DNA from: Longimicrobiales bacterium
GTDB lineage: Bacteria; Gemmatimonadota; Gemmatimonadetes; Longimicrobiales; Gaopeijiaceae
Direction: 5' to 3'
DNA: 64,000 nucleotides
Assembly (NCBI GenBank): GCA_965116905.1
Contig: OZ220732.1
Coordinates: forward strand, 3,232,001-3,296,000
The position numbers were made by a program, and so were the translations under genes. The notes beneath the pieces were generated by a model, which saw nothing but the letters and a program-made list of their open reading frames with translations, did not search any database and was not told the DNA's origin. Below are positions 15,464-24,857 of this stretch, in pieces (the stretch's first letter is position 1; every line of letters starts with the position of its first letter).

Positions 15464-16068
15464 CGCGCATCATCCCGTTCGGGGGGAACCACCCGCGCAT
15501 CGGCGACTCCGCCTTCATCGCTCCAACCGCGGTGCTGATCGGGGACGTGGAGGTCGGCGAGCGGGCCAGCATCTGGTTCGGAGCCGTTCTGCGCGGGGAT
15601 CACCCCGAGCACGGGATCCGTGTGGGGGCGCGCGCCAACGTCCAGGACAACGCGGTGATTCACACCAGCGATCAGGGGCCGACTGTGCTCGAGGACGAGG
15701 TGACCGTGGGGCACGGGGCCATCCTGGAGAGCTGCCGGGTCGGCAGGCGCACCGTGGTCGGGATGGGGGCGTCGGTGCTGCAGCGCGCGGACGTGGGCGA
15801 GGGGTGCGTGATCGCCGCCGGCGCAGTCGTGAAGGAGGGCGCGAGGATCCCGCCGCGAAGCCTGGTGGCGGGCGTGCCCGGGAGGGTGCGGCCGCTCGGC
15901 GCCCGGGCCGCCGGCTGGACCGAGCGCAGTTCGGGCCACTATGTCGCGCTGAGCCGTCGCTACCTGGCGGACGCCGCGTGCGAACTCTGCGGTGGCCCCA
16001 CGATCGAGCGGCACTGCAAGATCCAGTGCCTCAACTGCGGGTTTCAGCGCGACTGCAGCGACCCCTGA
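15460..16068 (+). CDS. Gamma-carbonic anhydrase-like hexapeptide protein with a C-terminal Cys-rich zinc finger
   Basis: AFIAPTAVLIGDV, IWFGAVLRGD, NVQDNAVIH, GAVV and GVPG; tail CELC...HCKIQCLNC...DCSDP. Confidence 0.9.
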   Translation: MARIIPFGGNHPRIGDSAFIAPTAVLIGDVEVGERASIWFGAVLRGDHPEHGIRVGARANVQDNAVIHTSDQGPTVLEDEVTVGHGAILESCRVGRRTVVGMGASVLQRADVGEGCVIAAGAVVKEGARIPPRSLVAGVPGRVRPLGARAAGWTERSSGHYVALSRRYLADAACELCGGPTIERHCKIQCLNCGFQRDCSDP

Positions 16069-16098
16069 CCGCCGGGGTCCGCGCGCGGCCGGGGCGCC

Positions 16099-17700
16099 TT
16101 ACCCGAATTCCAGCCCCTGCGCGAGCGGCAGGTCCGTGCTCCAGTTCACCGTGTTGGTCTGCCGGCGCATGTACGACTTCCAGGAATCCGACCCCGACTC
16201 GCGCCCGCCTCCCGTTTCCTTTTCGCCGCCGAACGCCCCTCCGATTTCCGCCCCGGAGGTGCCGATGTTGACGTTCGCGATCCCGCAGTCGCTGCCGCGG
16301 TGGGACAGGAAGTGCTCGGCCTCGCGGACATGATCGGTGAAGATCGCCGACGAAAGCCCCTGGGGCACGTCGTTGTGCAGGGCGATCGCCTCGTCCAGCT
16401 CCGCCACGGCCTCGGCGGGCGTCGCCGACCTGCTGCCGTATTCGATGACGTAGAGGATCGGGGCGAACGTCTCGCGCTGGACGATCGCGAACTGGTTCTT
16501 CGCGGCTGCGATGCACGGGGTGACGTACAGGCCACCCGGGTATTCGTCGCCCGAGAGCCGCTCGCCTCCGAAGAGGATCTCTCCCCCTTCGGCCACGACG
16601 CTCCGGCGCGCTTCCATGAGGTCCTCCACGGCCTGATGGTTCACCACGGGTCCCATCAGCGTGTCACCGTTCAGCGGGTCGCCGATGCGCACGCCGGCGT
16701 AGGCGCGCACGAGGCGGGCGACGAGTTCGTCCCGAACCGACCGGTGCACGATCACGCGCCGCGTGCTGGTGCAGCGCTGGCCGGCCGTGCCGACCGCCCC
16801 GAACAGGATCGACGGGATCGCCAGGTCGAGGTTGGCGTGCGCCGTGACCACGATGGCGTTGTTGCCGCCCAGCTCGAGAATCGTGCGGCCGAGGCGGCCG
16901 CCCACCACCTGCGCGACGCGCCTGCCGACCGCGCATGAACCGGTCGCGGAGACGAGCGGGATGCGCCGGTCGTGAAGGAGGCGGTCGCCCACGGTGGAGC
17001 CCCGGCCAACCACCAGGCTGAACACGGCGGGATCGACGCCGTTCTCGCGGCAGACTTCGCTCGCCATGCGGGTCACGGCGATCGCGGTGAGCGGCGTCCC
17101 GGACGCGGGCTTCCACAGGGTCGCATCGCCGCAGACGGCCGCGATCGCGGCGTTCCATGACCACACCGCCACGGGGAAGTTGAAGGCGGTGACCACCCCG
17201 ACGACGCCCAGCGGCTGCCATTGCTCGCGCATGTGGTGGTCGGGGCGTTCGCTCGCCATCGTGAGTCCGTACAGCTGCCGCGAAAGGCCCACGGCGAAGT
17301 CGCAGATGTCGATCATCTCCTGGACTTCGCCCTCGCCCTCGGCCCTGATCTTGCCCATCTCCAGCGTCACCAGGGCGCCCAGCGCCTCCTTGTTCGCCCG
17401 CAGCCGCTCGCCGAGCTGCCGCACCACCTCTCCCCGGCGCGGCGCGGGCAGGGTCCGCCAATCGAGGAAGGCGCCCCGCGCCCGCTCCACGATGGCGTCG
17501 TATTCGGTCTCGGCAACCTGGTTCACCGTGGCCAGCCTGGAGCCGTCGATGGGGGAGAAGACCTCCAGCGGCGGCCCCGACCCGATCCACTCGCCGCCGA
17601 ATCCGCCCGGATGGATGTCCTCGATTCCCAGCGCGTCGAGGATGTTGCGGGCCTCGCGGCCGATCCCTGCCTTCACGGTGTGTTCCGTCGCCACGGTCAT
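16099..17700 (-). CDS. Aldehyde dehydrogenase, ALDH7/antiquitin type (piperideine-6-carboxylate dehydrogenase-like)
   Basis: TAFNFPVAVWSWN, LELGGNN, GTAGQRCT, ETFAPILY and GAEIGGAFGGEKETGGGRESGSDSWK. Confidence 0.95.
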   Translation of the reverse strand: MTVATEHTVKAGIGREARNILDALGIEDIHPGGFGGEWIGSGPPLEVFSPIDGSRLATVNQVAETEYDAIVERARGAFLDWRTLPAPRRGEVVRQLGERLRANKEALGALVTLEMGKIRAEGEGEVQEMIDICDFAVGLSRQLYGLTMASERPDHHMREQWQPLGVVGVVTAFNFPVAVWSWNAAIAAVCGDATLWKPASGTPLTAIAVTRMASEVCRENGVDPAVFSLVVGRGSTVGDRLLHDRRIPLVSATGSCAVGRRVAQVVGGRLGRTILELGGNNAIVVTAHANLDLAIPSILFGAVGTAGQRCTSTRRVIVHRSVRDELVARLVRAYAGVRIGDPLNGDTLMGPVVNHQAVEDLMEARRSVVAEGGEILFGGERLSGDEYPGGLYVTPCIAAAKNQFAIVQRETFAPILYVIEYGSRSATPAEAVAELDEAIALHNDVPQGLSSAIFTDHVREAEHFLSHRGSDCGIANVNIGTSGAEIGGAFGGEKETGGGRESGSDSWKSYMRRQTNTVNWSTDLPLAQGLEFG

Positions 17701-17724
17701 CGTTTCGCCTCTCGTGCCGGCTGT

Positions 17725-18492
17725 TCAGTTCAAACCCAGCAGTTCCAGGTACCACGCGATCAGCGGGTCGCCCCAGCCGTAGGCGACTGCCGCCCCGATC
17801 GCGAGAAAGATGCCGAAGGGCACCAGCCTCGCCGTCCTGAACGCGATCGGTCCAAAGATAGCCGAACCGAGGAGCGCGCCGGAGAAGAGGGTGAACAGCA
17901 CGCCCGCGGGGCCGAGGAACGCGCCCACCATGGCCATCATCTTGATATCGCCGCCCCCCATCGCATCCTTGCCGAACGCGAGGCGCCCGAGCCCGGCGAC
18001 GCCCCACATGATGCCGAATCCGAGCGCCGCTCCCGTTGCCGCTGTCGCGGGCGAAGGACCGCCGGGCAACCCGGCGAGAAGGATTCCGAGCACGCACCCC
18101 CCCACCGAGAACTGGTCCGGAATGACGTATTGCCTGGCGTCCGTCAGCGCAATGCCGAGCAGCAAGGTGAGGAAGAGGCTTCCGCGCACGGCTTCCGGGT
18201 GCACGCCCCACTGGCTGACCATCCCCGACCAGATCAGGGCCACCGCGATTTCGACGACCGGGTACATCGCGCTGAGCCGCGCACCGCAGCGCCTGCATCG
18301 TCCGCGCACCAGCAGGTACCCCAGCACCGGCACGATGTCCCACCAGGCCAGCCGAGCCTCGCAGCGCGGACACCGCGACGCGGGCGAGACCACGGACCGC
18401 CCGTCCGGCCACCGGGCGACGCACACGGTCAGAAAGGACCCGACGCACGCCCCCACCACCGCGGCCACCCCAATCCACAACAACCCGTTCAT
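17725..18492 (-). CDS. pilD: Type IV prepilin peptidase / N-methyltransferase
   Basis: GSFL...RWP, SRCPRC, GRCRRC, TD...IPD, MGGGDIK and VPFGIFL. ATG at 18492 overlaps the upstream stop. Confidence 0.93.
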   Translation of the reverse strand: MNGLLWIGVAAVVGACVGSFLTVCVARWPDGRSVVSPASRCPRCEARLAWWDIVPVLGYLLVRGRCRRCGARLSAMYPVVEIAVALIWSGMVSQWGVHPEAVRGSLFLTLLLGIALTDARQYVIPDQFSVGGCVLGILLAGLPGGPSPATAATGAALGFGIMWGVAGLGRLAFGKDAMGGGDIKMMAMVGAFLGPAGVLFTLFSGALLGSAIFGPIAFRTARLVPFGIFLAIGAAVAYGWGDPLIAWYLELLGLN

Positions 18493-19283
18493 TCCCCCTC
18501 CCGCCGGCCGCCCTCCGTCAGCAGGTACATGAGGATCGACCCCGCGACCGCCACATTCAGCGAATCCACGCCCGCGGCCAGCGGCACGGAGACCCTGGCG
18601 GCGGGTCCCTCCAGCGGCGGAGTCCCGCCCACCTCGTTGCCCACCACGAGCACCCAGTCCCGGCGCCTCGCCGCCTCGACCCGGTCCACCGGCACGCCTG
18701 CGGAGTCGGCCTGGAGAAAGTTGACCGCCCCGGTGCCCTCGGTGGCGGGCGCCCCGCCCTTCCCGCCTCGCGGCGCAGCGACCAGCGGGACGTGGAACAC
18801 CCCTCCGGCCGACGCTCGCACGACTTTGGCGTTCCAGGGGTCGACGGTTCCCGCCCCGATCACCACACCGTCCAGCCCGAATCCCCACGCAGAGCGAATC
18901 AGCGTCCCCAGGTTGCCCGGGATCCGGACTGCCGCCGCCATCAGGTAGCGTCCACCCGCCAGCGGCCTCGCGACGAGCGGCGGCGGCTTCACGCATGCCA
19001 GCACGGGCAGGGGCGCCTGGGTCGAGCACAGATCACGCACTGCCGCGCCATCCGCGATCAGGACCGGGGCACCGCTCCTGCGCGCCGCCTCGGCAATCGC
19101 GCGGCCCTCCGGTCCGGCCGCGAACTCGTCGCCGCACGCCACCCAGCGCACCTCGACGGACGATCTCAGCGCCTCCATGACCACGCGCGGACCCTCCGCG
19201 AGCGCCAGCCCCTTGCGCTCCCTGCCCCGCCGCGACCGAAGCCGAAGGGCCAGCCGCCGTTTAGATTTGCTGATCGCGTTCAT
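18489..19283 (-). CDS. TrmH/SpoU-family RNA methyltransferase
   Basis: AEGPR, PGNLGTLIRSA, KVVRASAG, VVGNE and VDSLNVAVAG. Confidence 0.92.
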   Translation of the reverse strand: MNAISKSKRRLALRLRSRRGRERKGLALAEGPRVVMEALRSSVEVRWVACGDEFAAGPEGRAIAEAARRSGAPVLIADGAAVRDLCSTQAPLPVLACVKPPPLVARPLAGGRYLMAAAVRIPGNLGTLIRSAWGFGLDGVVIGAGTVDPWNAKVVRASAGGVFHVPLVAAPRGGKGGAPATEGTGAVNFLQADSAGVPVDRVEAARRRDWVLVVGNEVGGTPPLEGPAARVSVPLAAGVDSLNVAVAGSILMYLLTEGGRREGE

Positions 19284-19309
19284 TCCCACCTCTTCACCCG
19301 GACGCTCTC

Positions 19310-20173
19310 ATGGACAGCCACGCACCCATGCCCGTTGCGCTCACGATCGCCGGCAGCGACAGCGGCGGCGGCGCGGGCATCCAGGCCGACCTCAAGACGT
19401 TCCACCAGTGGGGCGTCTTCGGGACCTCGGTGCTCACGGCCGTGACCGCACAGAACACCCTCGGCGTCCAGAAGGTCCACGCGGTTCCGGCCACCGTCGT
19501 CGAGGCCCAGGTGCGGAGCGTGGCCACGGACCTCGCGCCCGGCGCGCTCAAGTCGGGGATGCTCGCGAACATCGGGGTCGTGCGGGCGGTCGCCGCCTCG
19601 ATCCGCGACCACGGTCTGGTGCGGTACGTTCTCGATCCGGTGATGGTGGCCACAAGCGGCGATGTCCTCCTCGAACCCGATGCGGTGACTGTCGTGCGCG
19701 ACCAACTCGTGCCGATGGCGGCGCTGGTGACCCCGAACTGGCCTGAGGCCGCGCTCCTTACGGGTGTAAGTGAACAGGGGCTGCGGGGCATGGACATGGC
19801 TGCACGGGCCATCCTGGCCGCGGGGGCCGGGGCGGTGCTGGTGAAGGGCGGGCACCTGCCGGGCGACGAGGTCGTGGACCTGTACCGGGACGGCGGGTCG
19901 CGCCACGTGTTTCGCCACCCCCGTATCGAGACGCGCCATACGCACGGCACCGGGTGCACGCTGAGCGCGGCCATCGCCGCCGGGCTGGCGCGCGGCGCGT
20001 CGCTGCCGGACGCGGTCGCTGCCGCGCTGGCGTGGGTGCAGTCCGCGATCGCCGGCGCCCCGGGGCTGGGAGCGGGCAGCGGGCCGCTGAATCACTTCTC
20101 GCCGGTCCCCTCCAATGCCGGGATGAGCGACTCCAGCAGCGCTCCCAGCGTGCCGCCCGCCACCTCGGCGTAA
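19310..20173 (+). CDS. thiD: Hydroxymethylpyrimidine/phosphomethylpyrimidine kinase
   Basis: LTIAGSDSGGGAGIQADLKT, DPVMVATSG, THGTGCTLSAA and GPLNH. Confidence 0.97.
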   Translation: MDSHAPMPVALTIAGSDSGGGAGIQADLKTFHQWGVFGTSVLTAVTAQNTLGVQKVHAVPATVVEAQVRSVATDLAPGALKSGMLANIGVVRAVAASIRDHGLVRYVLDPVMVATSGDVLLEPDAVTVVRDQLVPMAALVTPNWPEAALLTGVSEQGLRGMDMAARAILAAGAGAVLVKGGHLPGDEVVDLYRDGGSRHVFRHPRIETRHTHGTGCTLSAAIAAGLARGASLPDAVAAALAWVQSAIAGAPGLGAGSGPLNHFSPVPSNAGMSDSSSAPSVPPATSA

Positions 20174-20922
20174 GCCATCACTCCTTCGTGGTCGACGACC
20201 GCGTCGCCGAGGCCCGCCGCCCGATTGGTGACGAGCGAGAAGGCCAGCACGCGCTGACCCCCGGCCCGCGCGATCGTGACCTCGGGGACAGTGGACATGC
20301 CCACCGCGTCCGCCCCTGCCGCACACAGCGCCCTGACCTCGGCGGGAGTCTCGAAGTTCGGGCCCGCAACCGCCCCGTAGGTGCCCCGCGGCAGCCGGAT
20401 CCCCTTTCGCAGCGCGACGGTTTCGGCCGCCGCCATCAGCGCCGGGTCGTACGGACGGCTCATGTCCGGGAACCTCGTCTCTCCGTCCGCGACGGGACCC
20501 GCCAGCGGAGCCCGGAACATGAGGTTGATGTGGTCGTCGACAAGCATCAGCGACCCCGGAACCAGGTCGCGGCGGATCCCGCCCACGGCGTTTGTGAGCA
20601 CCAGCGTACGGGCACCGAGGGCCCGGCCCACGCGCACCGGCGCCGCGACGACATCGGTGCCCACGCCCTCGTAGTAGTGGAAGCGGCCCGACTGCACGAG
20701 AACGGGCACACCCGCAATCCGGCCCAGCAAAAAGCTGCCCGCGTGGCCCTCCACCGACGTTGCGGGGAAGCCCGGAAGCTCGCCGAACGGCACCTCGACA
20801 GGGTTTTCCACGCACGCGGCCACACCGCCGAGTCCCGAACCGAGGACCACGTGCAGACGGGGGCGAATGCCGGCCCGGCCAAGTAGCACGCGCGCGCCCT
20901 CCCGGACCCGCGCCGGACTCAA
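20092..20922 (-). CDS. Purine-nucleoside phosphorylase, trimeric type
   Basis: VLGSGLG, GRFHYYEG, TNAVGG, GPNFETPAE, VGMSTVPE and LVTN. TTG start overlaps the nupC stop. Confidence 0.93.
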   Translation of the reverse strand: MSPARVREGARVLLGRAGIRPRLHVVLGSGLGGVAACVENPVEVPFGELPGFPATSVEGHAGSFLLGRIAGVPVLVQSGRFHYYEGVGTDVVAAPVRVGRALGARTLVLTNAVGGIRRDLVPGSLMLVDDHINLMFRAPLAGPVADGETRFPDMSRPYDPALMAAAETVALRKGIRLPRGTYGAVAGPNFETPAEVRALCAAGADAVGMSTVPEVTIARAGGQRVLAFSLVTNRAAGLGDAVVDHEGVMAYAEVAGGTLGALLESLIPALEGTGEK

Positions 20923-22427
20923 ATCAGCACCCCGGCGATCGCCGCGGTCATGAAGGCCGCGATCGAGCCGCCGATCATCGCCCGCAGCGCCAGCCGGGAC
21001 AGATCCTGCCGCCGGCGCGGCGCGATTCCCCCGATCCCTCCGATCTGGATCGCGATCGACGAGAAGTTGGCGAAGCCCGAAAGCGCATAGGTCGCGATCG
21101 TGGCCGACCGCGCGGACACCGACGATTCGGCCATCGTGTCGGCAAGTCCCAGGTAGGCCACGAATTCGGTGGCCACGGTCTTGAGCCCCATCAACGAGCC
21201 GACCGCGGCCGCGTCCTCCCATGCGACCCCCATCACCCAGGCGACCGGACTCAGTACCCAGCCGAGGATTCCTTCCAGCGACAGGCCCTGCACGCCCACC
21301 AGGCCACCCGCCCACCCCAGCACCGCGTTGACCAGCGCGATCAGCGCGAGGAAGGCCAGCAGCATCGCGCCGACGTTGAGCGCGAGGTGCAGCCCCTCTC
21401 CCGCCCCGCGGGCCGCCGCCTCGATCACGTTCACGTCGGTCCGCTCCAGGGTCGTCTTCAGCGTCCCGGCCGTCTCCGACACCTCCTCCTCGGGCACCAT
21501 CAGCTTGGCCACCACCAGCGCGGCCGGCGCCGACATCACCGAAGCCGCCATGAGGTGGCCCGCGATATCGGGAAAGAAGCCCACCAGCATCCCCGCGTAG
21601 GCGGCCATCACGCCTCCCGCCACCGTCGCGAAGCCGCCGGTCATCACCGCCATCAGTTCGGACCGCGTCATCCTGTCGACGAACGGCTTCACCAGCAGCG
21701 GCGCCTCGGTCTGCCCGACGAAGATGTTGCCGGCCGCCGAGAGCGTCTCCGCACCGCTCGTCTTCATGGTGCGCTGCATGACCCACGCGATGCCGCCCAC
21801 CACCTTCTGCATGATTCCGATGTGGTAGAACACGGTCATCAGCGAGGCGAAGAAGATGATCGTCGGGAGGACGTTGAAGGCGAAGAACGCACCGGTCCGC
21901 GCCACCTGCCGACCCTCGTCGACGAAGGCCCCGTTCCCGGGCTCCCCGACGCCGACCGGCACGTTGTTCCCCACGAGGTCGCCGAACACGAAGCGGGCGC
22001 CTTCGACGGTGAAGCCGACGGTCGCCAGGATCACGTCGTTGGCCGCATCGAAGATCCCGGCGCCCACCGTGGTCCTCAGAATCAGCACGCCGAACAGGAA
22101 CTGGAGGCCCAGTCCCCACAGCACGATGCGCCAGGGGATCCGGCGGCGGTTCACGCTCAGGGCCCAGGCGCCGAGCGCGAGCAGGACGACGCCGAAGAGA
22201 CCTCTCAGGCGGACGAGGGGGCCGGCGGCATCTTCCGTGGCCTGGATGGCGCCCTCGACAGCGCCCCGCCCGAGGTCCGCCGGACCGGCCCCGCCGCCGG
22301 GGACGTACGCGTGGAGTTCACCGGCCGAAATCAGGGGAAGCACGAGCGCCGCGAGAGCCCAGAGCCACCAGGGGAGTGGTTCGGCGGCGCGGGTCCGACT
22401 GCGGCTCGGGCACCGGAACATGATCAT
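20919..22427 (-). CDS. nupC: Concentrative nucleoside transporter (NupC/CNT)
   Basis: FAFNVLPTIIFF, NIFVGQTEAP, GGFATVAG, ASVMSAPAA, EFVAY and GFANFSSIAI. Start uncertain. Confidence 0.95.
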   Translation of the reverse strand: MIMFRCPSRSRTRAAEPLPWWLWALAALVLPLISAGELHAYVPGGGAGPADLGRGAVEGAIQATEDAAGPLVRLRGLFGVVLLALGAWALSVNRRRIPWRIVLWGLGLQFLFGVLILRTTVGAGIFDAANDVILATVGFTVEGARFVFGDLVGNNVPVGVGEPGNGAFVDEGRQVARTGAFFAFNVLPTIIFFASLMTVFYHIGIMQKVVGGIAWVMQRTMKTSGAETLSAAGNIFVGQTEAPLLVKPFVDRMTRSELMAVMTGGFATVAGGVMAAYAGMLVGFFPDIAGHLMAASVMSAPAALVVAKLMVPEEEVSETAGTLKTTLERTDVNVIEAAARGAGEGLHLALNVGAMLLAFLALIALVNAVLGWAGGLVGVQGLSLEGILGWVLSPVAWVMGVAWEDAAAVGSLMGLKTVATEFVAYLGLADTMAESSVSARSATIATYALSGFANFSSIAIQIGGIGGIAPRRRQDLSRLALRAMIGGSIAAFMTAAIAGVLI

Positions 22428-22537
22428 GGTGAATCATATCCGGGAGCCGTGCCGGGCGCCAACCACCCGGCCGGGCGTCAACCACGCGGTCGGGCGCAGC
22501 AGCAGGCGGGAGCGGGCGCAAGCTCCGGATCCCCCGG

Positions 22538-22601
22538 AAAACCTGCCAAAATGGCAGACCTGCACCGCGCCCAGACCCAAAAACCTGCCAAAATGGCAGA
22601 C
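22538..22601 (+). promoter_or_regulatory. Two identical 22-bp boxes containing the palindrome CTGCCA-AAA-TGGCAG; putative upstream activator sites
   Basis: aaaacctgccaaaatggcagac at 22538-22559 and 22580-22601, a 42-bp period. Confidence 0.7.
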
Positions 22602-22637
22602 TTTGCCCTCGAAATCCTTCATTTCGGCCCCGCCGTC

Positions 22638-22652
22638 CGGCACGCGCCTTGC
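22638..22652 (+). promoter_or_regulatory. Sigma-54 (-24/-12) promoter upstream of dnaK
   Basis: cGGCACgcgccTTGC, with GG at 22639-40 and GC at 22651-52 exactly 10 nt apart; consensus is TGGCAC-N5-TTGC. Confidence 0.7.
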
Positions 22653-22789
22653 CCATAGGAGGCCGGTTACCTTTGACATCGCCCGACTTGAGCGCCGGGA
22701 CGACCGGTGCGCCGGGACGGCTTGAGCGCAAAGGGGCGACTTGAACGCAACGGCCGGCGGGCGCCGGTCACGGAAAGGGAAGAAACGCA

Positions 22790-24748
22790 ATGGGCAAGAT
22801 CATCGGAATCGACCTCGGAACGACCAATTCGGTGGTCGCCGTCATGGAGGGCGGAGAGCCCACGGTCATACCGAACTCCGAGGGCGGGCGCACGACCCCG
22901 TCGGTCGTGGCGTTCGCGAAGGACGGCGAGCGGCTCGTCGGGCAGGTGGCCCGGCGGCAGGCGATCACAAACCCCGAAAACACCGTCTTTTCGATCAAGC
23001 GCTTCATGGGCATGCGTTACGGGGAGGTCGAGGCCGAGCGCAGGCGTGTACCGTACACCGTGACCCGCGACGGACAGGACCGTGTGGTCGTGAATCTGCC
23101 CAACGGGGGCAAGCCCTTCACCCCGCCCGAGCTGTCGGCCGTCGTGCTGCAGAAGATGCGGCAGACCGCGGAAGACTACCTGGGCACCTCGGTGACCGAG
23201 GCCGTCATCACGGTCCCCGCGTACTTCAACGACGCGCAGAGGCAGGCCACGAAGGACGCGGGGAAGATCGCCGGGCTGGATGTCAAGCGCATCATCAACG
23301 AGCCTACCGCGGCCGCGCTGGCCTACGGGCTCGACAAGAAGAAGGACGAGAAGATCGCGGTGTTCGACCTGGGCGGCGGCACCTACGACATCTCGATCCT
23401 GGAGATCGGCGACGGCGTCTTCGAGGTGAAGGCCACGAACGGGGACACGCACCTGGGCGGCGACGACTTCGACCAGGTCCTCATCGACTGGCTCGTCGCC
23501 GAGTTCAAGAAGGACCAGGGGATCGACCTGTCGAAGGACTCGATGGCGCTGCAGCGGCTCAAGGAAGCCGCCGAGAAGGCCAAGATGGAGCTGTCCTCGA
23601 CCACGTCGACCGACATCAACCTGCCCTTCATCACCGCGACCCAGGAGGGGCCCAAGCACCTCAACTACCAGCTCTCGCGCGCCAGGTTCGAGCACCTGGT
23701 CGACGAGCTGATCCAGCGCACGATCCCGCCGATGAGGAAGGCCCTCGCCGACGCCGGCATGACGCCCGACGACATCGACGAGGTGGTTCTGGTCGGCGGC
23801 TCGACGCGGATTCCGAAGATCCAGGAGGTCGTCGAGGAGTTCTTCGAGCAGGAGCCTCACCGGGGGGTCAACCCGGACGAGGTCGTCGCCGTGGGCGCGG
23901 CGATCCAGGGCGGCGTGCTGGCCGGCGACGTCAAGGACGTGCTGCTTCTCGACGTGACGCCCCTGACGCTCGGCATCGAGACGCTGGGCGGCGTGAGGAC
24001 CGCCCTGATCGAGCGCAACACGACGATCCCGACCAAGAAGATGGAGGTCTTCTCCACGGCCGAGGACACGCAGACGACGGTCGAGATCCACGTGCTCCAG
24101 GGCGAACGCGAGATGGCGATCGACAACCGCACGATCGGCAAGTTCCAGCTCACCGGGATCCCGCCGGCGCCGAGGGGCGTCCCGCAGATCGAGGTGACGT
24201 TCGACATCGACGCCAACGGCATCCTCCACGTGGCGGCGAAGGACCGCGCCACGGGCAAGGAGCAGAAGGTGCGGATCGAGGCGTCCAGCGGCCTGAGCGA
24301 CGCCGAGATCGACAAGATGGTGACGGACGCCGAGGCCCACGCCGCGGAAGACGAGTCGCGCCGGGAAGCGGCGGACGCCCGCAACCAGCTCGATTCCCTC
24401 GTCTACCAGGTCGAGAAGGACGGTGCGGAGTGGGGCGACAAGGTCTCCGAGGGCACGCGCGGCCGTCTGGACGCGGCGCTGGAGCGGGGGAAGAACGCGC
24501 TCAAGGGTGACGACACCGGCGAGATCAACGAGGCCCGCGACGAGCTGATGCAGGCTTTCAGCGCGGCGGGCCAGGAGATGTACCAGGCCCAGGCAGCGGA
24601 AGCGGCCACTGCGGAGCAGGAGGCCGGAGCCGAAGCCGGAGATCCCGGAGACGCGGGCGACGCGGGCGACGCGGGCGACGCGGCGGAGGCCGCGGATGAG
24701 GACGTCGTGGAAGCCGACTACGAAATCGTGGAGGAGGAGCGCGGATAG
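22790..24748 (+). CDS. dnaK: Hsp70 chaperone DnaK
   Basis: [25 protein letters not shown] and [15 protein letters not shown]. Confidence 0.99.
   Translation: MGKIIGIDLGTTNSVVAVMEGGEPTVIPNSEGGRTTPSVVAFAKDGERLVGQVARRQAITNPENTVFSIKRFMGMRYGEVEAERRRVPYTVTRDGQDRVVVNLPNGGKPFTPPELSAVVLQKMRQTAEDYLGTSVTEAVITVPAYFNDAQRQATKDAGKIAGLDVKRIINEPTAAALAYGLDKKKDEKIAVFDLGGGTYDISILEIGDGVFEVKATNGDTHLGGDDFDQVLIDWLVAEFKKDQGIDLSKDSMALQRLKEAAEKAKMELSSTTSTDINLPFITATQEGPKHLNYQLSRARFEHLVDELIQRTIPPMRKALADAGMTPDDIDEVVLVGGSTRIPKIQEVVEEFFEQEPHRGVNPDEVVAVGAAIQGGVLAGDVKDVLLLDVTPLTLGIETLGGVRTALIERNTTIPTKKMEVFSTAEDTQTTVEIHVLQGEREMAIDNRTIGKFQLTGIPPAPRGVPQIEVTFDIDANGILHVAAKDRATGKEQKVRIEASSGLSDAEIDKMVTDAEAHAAEDESRREAADARNQLDSLVYQVEKDGAEWGDKVSEGTRGRLDAALERGKNALKGDDTGEINEARDELMQAFSAAGQEMYQAQAAEAATAEQEAGAEAGDPGDAGDAGDAGDAAEAADEDVVEADYEIVEEERG
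24650..24683 (+). repeat. 9-bp in-frame tandem repeat (Asp-Ala-Gly) in the DnaK tail
   Basis: gacgcgggc three times plus a partial copy. Confidence 0.85.
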
Positions 24749-24857
24749 GAGGCGGCGGGGCCGGAGCGGCCCGCGGGCAACGTTGACGGCGGTGCGGGCC
24801 GTCCAATACCGGCAGGTCCCAAACATCAGCGAATCATCAGATATCCGGAGCGGTCAT

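Noticed and set aside
19284..19309. TPP riboswitch upstream of thiD
   Set aside because: The gap to the divergent gene is under 30 bp and has no TPP consensus.
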